Assembly (NCBI GenBank): GCA_030704615.1
Contig: CM060733.1
Coordinates: forward strand, 1,240,001 to 1,304,000
Reading direction: 5' to 3'
Source: Takakia lepidozioides
Taxonomy: Eukaryota > Plantae > Bryophyta
DNA: 64,000 nt
A model generated the notes under the pieces. The model made no database searches. It was not told the origin of the DNA and was given only the letters and a program-made list of their open reading frames with translations. The position numbers and the translations under genes are program-made. Position 1 is the stretch's first letter. Each line of letters opens with the position of its first letter. This document shows positions 1-12,800 of this stretch, one piece after another.

Positions 1-287
1 CCTGTACCTCTGTTTACCAACTTCAAAAATCTCGAAGCGAGCCAAAAGCACATGCCCTTTTGGGGCCTAGTTATTGGGCAAATCACACACAGCAGATTGA
101 TGCTTGTGTAAAGGGGTTTCTAGAGGATATCTGGAAGACCCCAATCAATCGTCTGTTCCAAGGTAAGTCATCCTACCGGCATGAGCCCCTGACAAAGGTA
201 GTTTCTGTCCCTTGATGTTCTGCTCAAGCTGGGCACAGGGTCAATGGCCACAAGGCTACCGCAAACATCTGATGAGTACATTCTATC
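1..287 (+). mobile_element. 3' fragment of a LINE (family A)
   Basis: Colinear with 12380-12652. Encodes the degenerate ORF2 C-terminus (KGFLEDIWK) and ends in the family 3' motif GGCCACAAGGCTA..GCAAAC...ATGAGTACATTCT. Confidence 0.7.
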
Positions 288-801
288 GGGGGCAGGGTGT
301 GGGCGAGAGATGAGCGGACGAGCGGACTGCCTCATGTAGCCATGAGGATGACTTGAATCTGTGATTGCTACATTTCCTAGAAGAAATGCGCCATTTGCGC
401 TGTTGCTCAAAAGGGTTTTAAAAGCCACTACTGCACGTTCCACTTATTTTTGTACCTTCATTTCAATCCAAATAGTTGGTGATGGAACAGATACTGACTG
501 AAAGTGACTAGTAGACAATGGTTACCTCACATACTTTTTGATAGAAACATTCAATCGTATATTCTTTTCCAATCTATATTTACTCACATACTTCTGTTGG
601 ATGCTGACAATGTAACTCTACGATGCTGCCTTCAAGCATACATGACAAGTTCAATTGCCTGTCAGGGCCTCTGCTCTCTCAACTAGAACAATCCCAAGCT
701 TATGTAGCTCATTGTAAGACAATCCCGATCCCTCTGGTGCAAAATGAAGGCGTGCAGCCGTTTTTACCAAATTTCCTTTGCATACCGCTGCATGGATGGC
801 A

Positions 802-3800
802 TCATTCTGTCACTAGGGCAGCTTGAATGGCTGACTTCTCACTGACAGAGAGCTCCTGCAAAGATGTTTGATCATCAGAATCAAATGCATGTGACAGGAA
901 ACCAAGAAAGGGGTCAGGAGAAAGGGAATGCACTCAGTAGATATTGCTTGCCATAGCCGTGCGGCCTTAGACCGTAAAGAAAGAATGTACTCATGCTGTT
1001 CCCTGCGAACATTGGCTTGCCATAGCCTTACAGCCATTGACCCCGCAGGAACTGACCCTCACGAGCCTTTTGAGGACTTTGCACCCCACCAAGGTTTAGC
1101 TTATCCACACCAGCTGCAGGTATAAACTAATTTTCCCGCAACTGCCATTAAGCACTCACAGAGGCACTTGTCTGCAGACAAACTAGACAGCCCAGTTGCA
1201 GAGTTGTTGATTTTAGTTTTACAGCCCTGTGTTTACCACAGAAATGTCAAGCTTGGGGATGTGAAGGGCACAGGAGGCTTCCGCCCGTCACTCTGGGCTG
1301 CGTGCAGGGTACAACTGAAAGAGAGAGAGATAAGACCGCAAATAAAGAGAGATATGATCACTTGACTAGCTTATATGCACTTGCCGGTCCTGCAAGGATC
1401 AGCATATATATGGTTTGCAAAGGCTGTCGTGTGGGTTTATAGAGTAATTCTGGGCCTTTCCGGTCGAAGAACAAGATGTCATCATGTCAAGGTTGTTTTA
1501 AGTAACCAAATTGCCACAGCATGAACAGCCGACAAAATGCAGTCACAGCAGCTTTGATATACAGGTATCCTCCTGCCCTCAAGTGAAAGAGGCAGGAACT
1601 GATTAATCTTACTAAAACCTTGCACTTCCAGAGATGAAGCAGTGTCGGGAAAGGGGAAAAAGGTTGGACGTAGTTGAGACATTTCTTTCATTTGACTTAC
1701 AAGAAGAACAGACCTCACTGACCCCAATCCTGTTGGAGGGACACAAGAGCATTTATAAATATGTACAATGGAGATTTCCAAACAGTAGAAAATTTTACCT
1801 GGCATAATAGATCAAATGAGACTCTATCCCTCTGAGCAAACTGCTTGATGAAGTCGACCAGATACGAGGACAAGTTTATCTGTCATTGACAACGTCAAGT
1901 GTCAAGGACAACATGAGTGTGCAAGTACAACTACACAAGGTAGATCAGCTTCAGTATCATTTTCAGGTGTGTAGTCTAGCACACAAGTCCTATCTGTACT
2001 AGTTGATGGTTACCTGTGAAAAATTGACTGCATAGACTGCGGAAGTCCTCAAGGCAGAATTCAAGTTTCAACCCACTGGAGTATATCACTCGGCCACAGT
2101 TCAAAACAATCCAGAATGGGGTTGATATAAAAGCTTGCATTGACAGCACACCCAAAAGTTTTATGGTGCTACTGTAACCATCTGTTGAGAATGAGTGAGG
2201 TGTTAGGGTCGATGCTTTACTTGATTAAGGGGGTCTGTGGTTGCACTTGGATCTTCTTCGTAGTCTCCAACCTCAATCTTCGGCCACCAACAATGTCTCA
2301 AAATACGTTTGCAACATCATACTGCACAATAAACTTCTCTTCTCTTGCTAGTAACATCAATTTATCAGGTTCTGAAATCTTCATTTGGTTTTGATTCAGA
2401 GAAAAAGAAAAGTTTGACTAGTCAAAATTGATCAATTTCCACACTGCACGTGAAGTGCCGGTTCCTGGTGGACCAAATTTGCAAAATTGATAACATATAA
2501 CAGGGTAAAACAGTAGTATCAGTTCAGAGTGCAGCTTTGTCTGCTTGTAGCTGCAGTGGGCTCTCTCTTCTCTATTTTCCTCTCTGACTGTGATTGATAC
2601 CCAGGCACTCGTCAAAGATCCCCAGTCCTACAAAGATTTAGCTTACCTCTTCTGTGAGAAGATGCTGCATGTCTGAAAGAGGTTGGAAAACAGAAGAATG
2701 ACCATTATTGGCTGACTTTGTTGGCACAAGTTGCGGGTGATTTGCACTCTCATCATCTTCCTCTTCAAACTCCTCCCATTCGTCATCCTGAGAGACAACT
2801 GTTGTATCAGACTGCCCTTGCTACAGTATCACGTACACCCCAGATAGACAACTTGGAAAAAAGAATGAAACACAATATTGACAGGGGGCTCTGAGAACCT
2901 TACTGAAATTTTCTCGATGTTTCACAAAGGTTGTTATTGAGGTTTCCGGTTTAAATTTGAACACAGGTGCCTCCCCTTTCCCTCGAGCAAAAGTTAAAAA
3001 GAGGAAATGCTGCAGCTGTGGCTGACCATATCAGCATTTCTTGGCTATCCACAGATGTTATCAGAGTATTTTGTTTACAAAGTTCGTTCAGGGGTGCCTA
3101 GCTCATTCGGGCAAAAATAAAGAAAGAAATATAGTCCCTTGCGATGACTAACAAGGCTTTGATATGCTATGTGCTACTCAATGTTCCTGTTGGTTGCAGA
3201 AGCCATACCCTTCTGTGCATAATTAGGATTCATTCTGTACCGTGCTTGCTTAACTGGTACAGAATCAGGTTCCAACTCAATCTTATTCCACCACTGCCTA
3301 AGAAAGTTTTAAGGGCTGAAGATTTAAGAGGCAATGCTAGAGCTGAAGAAATACTCATAAAATCTCGATGCAGGCATCAGACCAGCAGTACTCACATTAT
3401 CAGGTCCAGCTGTTTGCTCTTGTAGCTCCACCAATGCATCTGCTAGCAAAGACAGGAGCTGCAAGCATTGCCATCAACTTTGTCAACATGATCCCAAATA
3501 AGGTGTTTCTTTTTGTCAGAGTAATCAATAGCCATCTTCTATGGAATGAGACCTGAGGCAAAGGTTAGGGGGGGGAGCAGACCTTGGCACAAAGCAGCAT
3601 CTGTGACCACCGGTCAGGTGCAACTTTGGCCCTTGATCGTGTCACTATCCCACTTGTGCTTGACTGCATTGAAAAAAGATAAGGATTCAGCTCAAGGCAA
3701 GCACACCTTGTACACTGAGGGTAACTCATTGAATAGAATGAAAGATTCTCTTGTTGGGCACTTAAATCTCAAAAACTTTAAAAGGACGTTCGCATTGTCT

Positions 3801-6800
3801 CCAAATCCTACATATGGACGGTGCTGCCAACCTGCAGGTGAAAGTATGTTGCTGATGCATAGGTGGATCTCCCCAGGGTAGGTTACAATTCCCCCCAGTG
3901 ATTGCTGATGAGAGCACACTAGAAACCAAATGACCCAATGGAGGAGATATGGAGACCTGACATTTTATATACATCTGCATCCTGGTTGAAGCTGCTAATC
4001 ATGGTACTAGTGGAAAGATTGTCTCTTGGAAAGGACCTTCAGAAGCCGGCCTTGTACATGAATTTGTGAGAGCTGTGGATGGCCAGATGCCAGTACCAAT
4101 GCCAAGGCAGTTGTACTCACTTTGATCTGGTATGATCCAGGCATATCCCCTGTTTATCACAACAGAGCAAGCACATGATACTGACTATTCAAAGCACATC
4201 ATGAAGGACTAGTATTGAAAAAATCTTTATGGTCACATGACCACAACCGTAATCTTCTTGAGCTGACCAAAAGGACATTGGAGCCAGATATTCCCAAAAT
4301 AAAGACACTTTGGCAGCCAATGGACTCCATGTGGAGCTTTATGGTCTTCTCCTTTGGTGAAATGATCAGGGACAATACCTGATGAATCTCTGCCCCTTCC
4401 TCTCTTTGGGCTGAGAATTCATGGCTTTAAGCATCCAGACATAGCAAGCACTAACCTTGGTGCATCGTCCATTCTGACATGACATAGGCTAGTGAATGCT
4501 CAAAGCCTTTAGCAGGCACCGTCAATAGCAAATCCAGAAGCTGCCCCACATTGGGAGCTGCCATATGCACCTGCAGAAAGAAGACACACAAGTATGCCGT
4601 GAGTATGCCCTGAGGAGTAGTAATCAGTTGAATGCTATGAAGCTATGTTGGGGTGTTTGAAGTTTGTAGCTGAAAGAGACCCCCTTTCTTAATACTTAGG
4701 ACCAGTGAACTCTGTCAGGGATATGGAAGGCCTATTCCCTCTCTCGTTCCCATTCACATCGGGTCCAAGTGTAACAAGGCTTCCTCCTACTGTTTGACTG
4801 TTTTTTCATGGGAAGTAGTCTTCTGGGTGCAGCTCTAGTTGCTTACCTGCCTGGCATTTGGGTTTTCCTTGGCAGGTCAGGGTTGTGCTCATTTCGATGT
4901 TCATCTATGGTGCTTCCTCTTTCCTTGCCAAAAGAGAAAGACAAAGTTTCCATTAACACTCACCAGTCTTGCAAACACAAGCAGTAACGAAGTCGTCAGC
5001 CCCGGAATTTTAGTAGACTGCATACGATCAACAAGCGCGGCAATCAGATCCCGAATGTGTGGGGCCATACGTCCTGACAGTTGCATTATCAGCTGTGTCA
5101 CAAAGCTCCCGACAAACAACGATCCCGAGCTGTCCACCACCGGATTGAGCAGCCTACACATACCACATACTGTGAGTTCCTTCCAAACTACCCAGAGAGG
5201 ACGATGACATTTTCAACAGAAAGTGGCCTGCGATACCTTGCAGCCACGTCCAACAGTGTGCCCATTGTGAGGTCCGTTCCCCCCCACGCTAGTAAAGCTT
5301 CGCCTCCTTCCCTGACAAAGGCTCCCAAGCATTCTGTTGCATTCTGCAGCAATGGCCAAGAAGATGAATTGAAGGAGGTTGAGGAGTACGAAAGTAAGAG
5401 TGCGAGTCATAGCACATTGACATCCAATCCCCACCTCTCCCTCTACTTGGTCCCATGTGTGCCCAAGGTCCCATGTGGACATTCTTTCTCTCCATCTCTC
5501 TAAGCATTTTCTGTCCAAACTGTCCAAGGAGTATATGGTCACAAGGCTACAGCAAACAAAGTTTTGTGAGTACATTCTATAGGCATTGGCTCTTGTTCTG
5601 CCCAAACTGGGCATGAGGTCTATGGCCACAAGGCTATGGAAACGTCATCTTGAGTGCATTCTATATGTATTGATAGGCTACAGTAATCTTGTCTGCTGTG
5701 TACATCTATACAGTTTCCTCTCTTCTGTTTCAAATCTCTGGACAAATATACAAGTGCTGAATGATTGTGGTTGGAAAGCTCATGCTGTAGCACATAAAAG
5801 AAAAATTTCACAAAAGTCTCAGACTACATTTTAACACTAGCACGCGTGCCAACTCAATGCAGAACTAAGCCACCGGAGCTTCTTGAGAGGAGCACTCCAC
5901 CATACTTACTTGGAGCTCACTGTGGTCATCACTTTCCATGACAATCCGAACCACTGGACTGAAGGTTGTATGATATGTTGCCCGCACTACATCCAGTGGA
6001 GCTTTCTGCAGACAGACAATTTTAGAAGGATCTCCCTCTTTCCTTGCTCTTCTTCATTGAAAGGGGAAACTATCAAATCAACTTTACACACAGAACCTTC
6101 GCAAGGACAGGGTCAGCAATAGAGACAGCTGAGTGCAGCCTACTCAGGAGAGAATGGACCTACCTTGGTATATCTATTAAAGTTTTCTTGTCACAAGAAA
6201 GTTTTTATACCAAGGATTTTCATTTGACACACCAACTTGTAGCATCACCACCAGTCGGTAGCCCAGTTGGGTAGTGCACGGAGTGCTACCCAAGTGATTC
6301 TGAGTTCAAATCCAGCTACCTTGTCGGGTCTGGTGTAATCTTCTCCCCCTCCCCCTCCCTGGGGCGGTGTCCCGTGCACCTTGTGCTCAGCGCCTCATGG
6401 TGAGGTTACTGTGAAAGAGGTTATTTCCTCCTCTGACCACCTTTAGGAAAATGAAATCCCCACCAGAAGGACAGGAAATGCAGAACTTCTCTCCATTTCT
6501 CTCATTGCCTTTGGACCCAGGTACTCACAGAATGATGCCGATTTCAGCCATAATGCCTGAGCTGTTTAGTGAGGTTTGGAGATGGAACTCACCACTTGAG
6601 CAGGGTGAGGGGTATCTGAGTAGGGGCCATGCAGGTTCAAGGAAGAAGCTATCTACACTAAATCACATGCTCACCTTACAGTCTATGATTGACTTGAGCA
6701 GGGCATGCCAACTCATAGAGAGATCTAAGCCTTCCTAATGGAATTTCAGATTTTGTTCCCCATGCTTCCCTTCATCACTATGTAAGACAGGGTGCTCAAA

Positions 6801-9800
6801 GATCCGATCACTGTATTATATGTGCATGTCAAAGGAGGGTGCTGGCAGGTGGAGAACTGTTTGAGGAGGTGATGCAAGGCTGCTCACCCACTCGTCAAAA
6901 ATTACAACCTTGGCCTCCCATGGCAATAATATAATCACCTTCTCGAGTTATACCCAAATAGGTGATATTTTCTTTCTATCTCTTGCTTTCCCATTTTCTG
7001 CTCCGACCAGACCTAGCCCAGGCTCCATAGTCACAGCCAGTTCTAGAGTACATCTCCCTCCTCCTTTCTGCTTCATACCCTCGTCAACTTATCCAAATAG
7101 GGCCTGGGGTTGAAGGTCACAAGGCTATGGCAAGCTAAGTCCTTTGTATCTTTTCTCCCCTTCAGCAGGGAGGGATACAAAGAATTAAAAAGGGATCTAG
7201 TGTGGTGCAGCCAGAGAAACAAGAAGAAAGGTTAATGGAAAGAGGAAGGGAAGCAGAGGGACCTGAAGAAAGTGATGAGAGAGTTTAGGGCAGGGCCAGA
7301 TTGATATTTATTTGCTATACACAGACCAACTAAAACCACACTGCCAAGACTAGTAGTGCAGTAATAGCAACCCCTTTGCTGAAACTGGCGAAACTACCTG
7401 AGATAGGTAAATTTGATGCTAACCTTGAGCAACATCGCAAGAACGTCGAGTGCACCAACCACGAGCCCTGGAGCCTGGTGCTGGGGCTGCCACATAAATA
7501 GACCTGGAGACCCATCAGAAAGGTTCCCTGGATATGTCTCCACAACATGTCTCGCGGTTTATTCATAACCAAATATCTGGTAGCTCAAAACTCATTGCAT
7601 CCTGAGGCTTTCGGTTTCTTCAAGGGAAAAACTTACATTTGAAAGAATGGAGGAAAGGAAGGGCAATACACGCGCAGTCAGTGGTTCCAGACATCCTGGA
7701 AGATTCCTCATGGTCTGCATGCACCAACAAAACCAGCTTCATATTTCAGACCTACAAAATGTCCTTAAACTTCAGCAGGTACAATATCAATTGGAATGCA
7801 CTAAAGGCATTGGCAGCCCTTCAATTGGCTAGGAGCTGCTTTTTCTCTCTGAGAAACCAGTGCTACAGGTATAAAAGTAAAAGTCGGAAATTGGAAGCAG
7901 ATGTGATTCAAGTCCCAAATTCTAGGAGCGAAATCACCTAAATGTCATAAGAACGTCACTGTTACCAACAAAAAGCCAAACTTTGTCAAGGGACGCAAAG
8001 CGTTCACAAAATAATTCCAGATATTATTTGACACAGATCTTTTAGTACTATATACCCTGTGACAAAGCATCCAACAGATGGCCCAGTGGTTAGGGCACAA
8101 GGCCGCCTTACAAGTGGTCGTGGATGCCAAGCCACATAGGTGTATGTTGGACGTCACCCATTATGACCAACCCAGCTATAAAAGGGGGGTCACTGGGTCA
8201 ACCGGTTACTTAATCTGTGGTGCCTGGGGACTATTAAGTCCTTGGGGGAATTGGGCAACTGCGTTGCACCGGTTACAGCCGTTAGAAGATCCACCTTCCA
8301 AATGGAAAGCAGTAGCCCTTTGGGTTGAAGTGGCACCATAAGTTACGCTTGCTTCGGCAAGAGTCTTCCTCTGTCTCTCTCTCCCCTGTGATAATTCAGA
8401 AGGGTGGAAAGCTGCTCGTCTTAACCAGCCATCACCAGCCTTCAGCATGGTTACAGGGGGTTCAGCGTCCAGACTTTGAAAGGATAACCATGGCAGTCTT
8501 GTAAGATCAGACATCCATTTGCTGTTGATTACTAAACTGTACTATGGTTCTCCATGAGAAGAGATAGAAGGTACACTCCAAAATTGAGGAGTACATCTCT
8601 TCTGACATCAGTGATTATGAATGGCAGGGAGAGTCAAACTCTCCCTGCAACAAACCTTACCACCTCCAGCTATATTTTTGACAAATTTTTAGTAGTAGAT
8701 ACGTATACAAGATCAACTATAACCTGCCTTCAAGAATAAAATATAAAAGGAGGATCAAACTCAGCGAACCTCGAGAAGTTCAATGGCATCGATGCTAATG
8801 AAGGGATCAAACACATGGTGCGCCCATACAGTCAGTACTAAGGGAGATATGGTGGGCTCCACTGCTGCTGCAGCCTGGTCATCTGTGCATGTGAAGAGAA
8901 ACCAACATAAGAAATACTGCCGATCGATCCCTCCGTGCGGAATCAAGCACCTGAATGAAAAAGTTTGATAAAATGAATTGTCCTTGAAATGATTACTTTC
9001 TTTGCGTTTCTATTGTTGCTGGGGCAGACTTTTAATGATATAACAACTGACGAAGAAGCATCAGCTTGCAACCACACACCTGCCTTGACTGCAGCTTGCA
9101 ATGTCTCCAGCACAAGATGTAGCGTCTCATCAGATGCCTGCAACACAACAGCACATGTAGGCCATCACTTCAGACTAGGCAGCCAACTTGAGATTAAACA
9201 AAGCAATTGTCTCAGGCACACTGAAAGTTCACATCCACGCCCAGTGGTTGAGCTCCCCCCTTGGATTCTTGTAGCAATTCCACTTAAGGTGTAGGCATTT
9301 TCCATGTGTAAACAAGTTGGGAGCTGCAGCAAAATAGCTACCAGATGCCAATTCCTTGAAGACTTTGATATAAACCTGACAGAATATTACATTTCCATCT
9401 TTTTGGGAAAAAGAAATGCACCAAAATCATTCCACAGCAGAACAGAATATACCCTGTAGCACTATATGTGCTGGTGCCTACTAATAACCCTCTGTCCTGA
9501 TATTACGTTAGAGGCTCAGGGTTGTCGAGGTTCTGAGCATGGACTGGACAATAAAAGATCCTCGGCAATGCCAGTAGGATTAGTTACTTAAGTACGAAAG
9601 ATGAGGATCCTGTCTCCTAGGGTCCTGCCTAGATGGGCGGAGAGAAATTGGCTGAGAAATTGCTGCTATATTTCGCCTTGTTTTCAGCTGCAATAATGAT
9701 CACATCCTCGTACAGCTCGTTGCTTATGGCAGAGAGGCTAAAACTATTGTCAGTCAATCACAGCTTTTGATTCTACTGAGCATTGGAGGTACCAATAGAA

Positions 9801-12800
9801 GGGACTTTGGACTTCACAAAAACCTGTTGAAGAAGCCCTAGGAGAGCGCCAAATATGGGAGGCAGGTGTGGCCGCAAGACCGAGAGATCCACTAGAGGAA
9901 ATAGCTGTGCAAGGGCCCGACAAGCTCCCACCTTTATAGGAGCAGGTCTACAGCCACCCAACAAACCACACTCAGCCATCTTTTATAACAGACGGTAGTC
10001 AATCGTTTGCAGATGCACAACTATAACCAGGTCATGAAACCTTCTGCCGCAAATTATGTGCGTCCTATGCCTGGACATGAGTTACTAGCAGTAGACTAAA
10101 GTAAAGGAAGACCTGATCTCTAACAACAGCTCTCCATTGAGGTAAGTTTGGCAGGACAAGGCATCTGTTTTGCTTCCACCTGCAAATCTGCCTTCATCAG
10201 GAATAGCAACTACATGCAGCCTGCTGCTTCCAGATTTTGTAAGTCCTTGCATGACTCACCAAACACTAAGTGGTGATCCCCAAGGATTTTGTAAGGGCAG
10301 TACTTTAGAGCGAATAGCACCATCTATTAATAGAACGAACTTGGATGCCAGAAGAATTCTGAAAACAACAAAAAAGAAAAATATGAAACTGCATCACTTG
10401 GACTTCATTCAATGAGTCTAAACTTACACATCATCTGCCAAGCCCCTTATTGCTGCAAAGAAGAACTTCTCTGACCTTTTCCTGTCAATCTGCACCAAGA
10501 ATCAGGCAAAGTCATTTAACCTTGAAAGAAGGTATTCACCGAAAGTGCTCCACATTTTTCTATAATTTAATCACACATCCATATTTGTCTATACTACATC
10601 TGTCTATGCATACATCAGCTTTCCCTTCAATGTCTGTAAATTTTGTCCCGAAATATTTTGATAGAGAACCATTGCGACTGGATTTACAGTGGGGGTTAAT
10701 CAGGTATGATTTAGTAGAACTTCTACTGGGAACCTCCATTCGACTTTATTTGCATACGACCAGACTCATGCAAGTAAAGCTAAGGCTGGAAGGGAAATTT
10801 GATAAGCTTAAAATGCAGAAAGGCAAGCATTTCTTGAGAAGTATTATCCAGAAGATCGAAACTGAGTAGTACTGATGTTAAATATTGAAGACCATTTGCA
10901 TGGACAGGGATGCAAGTCAGGGCTCACTGTATTGGAGAACTTAGCTGCAGCCCACAAAGCCCGTCCATGAAGAAAAGGGCACTCCATCATAGCTGAGAAT
11001 CAACAGCTCAATAAGGTGGAATGTTACAGTAGCCAGTGATTTACAATTGTAATCGTAAATAACACATCAGTACATATACTACATCATCCACATCATATTT
11101 TATCTACTGTTTACGTGGCACAAAGATTATTCATTATGGCATTTTGTGGAAACTTGAAGATTCGATGCTGAGCACCAGGCCTTCCTGGTAAGCCAGGTTG
11201 TCTACCAGCCATAACAATTCCATTACTTGGGGGGTCTAAGCGCAACAAATCGAATGAGAACTTTGCAGCTGCAATTCATTTTCATGTCACAGTTGTTGTC
11301 TCTTGATCCAGTTGCACTTTTGCAAACAAGAACTTGCCTCCTGTTAAAAATAAGGCTTTGAGACTTTTAAATGGATATCAAGCGACATTCATCCACTAGT
11401 GCACAATCCCTACACTTACCTGTCACTCCAAGGTCCTCAGTGAGGATGTTGTCAAGAAATGGTTCAAAATTGTAGACAAATGTCCCTTCTTCCTGGACAA
11501 TTGCATCAGAAGAAAAGCAGCAGTTACGCAACGTTGTAACAACAAGCAGTACACATTACCCGACTCTTGGTATCACACCCCCACCAAGGAACTGATATAT
11601 GACCTCTACATTCACTGCTTGAAGGAAAAAAGAGAAAAAATCAACCTGCAAAATGTTAAGAATGAAGGAAGCAAGTAAAAAAGACAGGTAGACATAAGAG
11701 TGAAAGGCAGAAGGTGGATACCTTGGCTTCATACAGAATACTAGCCACATTCCCTATTGCAAGGATAGCAGCCTCTCGCAACTGCCATCACAACAAAGAT
11801 ATGATATGCAGTCATGAATATAGATGTACAGCATAAGCGACCTTTCTGCCGGACCGTCTGCAACTCAAGCACTACTGCATTTTTACAGGATGGACCACTC
11901 ATGGTCAAATTCGCACATTGGCTGAGCATCGTCTAAATTCGTCAGATGGCTCATAAAATAGGATTTGCCCATTTTGTACCGCATGCAAAGAGGAGAAAGA
12001 ACACCACTTCTTATGGGGGGAGCCCCGTGTGTCTGTCTCTCTCTCTCTCTCTCTCTCGCTCAAACTGGGCGCGGGGTCAATGGCCACAAGGCTATGGCAA
12101 ACAACGTCTTATGAGTACAATCTCTCTCTCTCTCGCGCGTTCCGCTCAAACTGGGCGGGGGTCAATGGCCACAAGGCTACGGCAAACAACGTCTTATGAG
12201 TACATTCTCTCTCTCTCTTGCAACATCAATGGCCACAAGGCTACAGCAAACAACGTCTTATGAGTACATTCTCTCTTGTAACCTGAACAACCTGAAGACA
12301 GTATCCACTTTCTGATACATTGCCCGGGATATTCTCACCAGAGAGTGACCCTCTTCAGGATGATCAAGAACATTGTCCCAGCACCTCTGTTCGCCAACTT
12401 TCAAAATCTTGAGGCTGAGCCTAAAGCCTGCGCTGTTGGGGTCTAACTTTGGGCTGCTCACACACAGCAGACTGATGCCTCTGTGAAGGGCTTTCTAGAG
12501 GAATCTGGAAAGCCCGAACTAATTATTTATACCAAGGTAAGTCACACTAGTGGGGTGAACCCCTCACAAAGGTAGTTTCTGGTCCCTTTTGTTCCGCCCA
12601 AACTGGGCACGGGCTCTATGGCCACAAGGCTACGGCAAACACCATCTTATGCGTAAAACTGCATTCCAGTCACAAACAGACATCAAGCAGGAAGAGCAAA
12701 ATAGATGCACATCAGTGGTCACCTTCCACCAGTCGACACGGCCCTGTGCTTTAGCCTGAACAGCTTCTTGAAGTCGTTGCTGCACAGCCTCTACTATTAG

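Noticed and set aside
269-300. CTGATGAG suggesting a hammerhead ribozyme or retrozyme
   Set aside because: Only this copy has CTGATGA; the better-preserved copies read CTTATGAG, and no stem II, GAAA and stem III arrangement follows.
6256-6320. tRNA genes (also ~8078, ~31820-31877, ~35500, ~35800-35860)
   Set aside because: A/B boxes are present but I could not build a proper cloverleaf, and shared non-tRNA bodies or tails follow. They are treated as SINE heads.
12056-12278. CRISPR-like repeat-spacer appearance
   Set aside because: The context is a eukaryotic intron with no cas genes. The intervening pieces are (TC)n tails and variably truncated parts of the same LINE end, not unique spacers.
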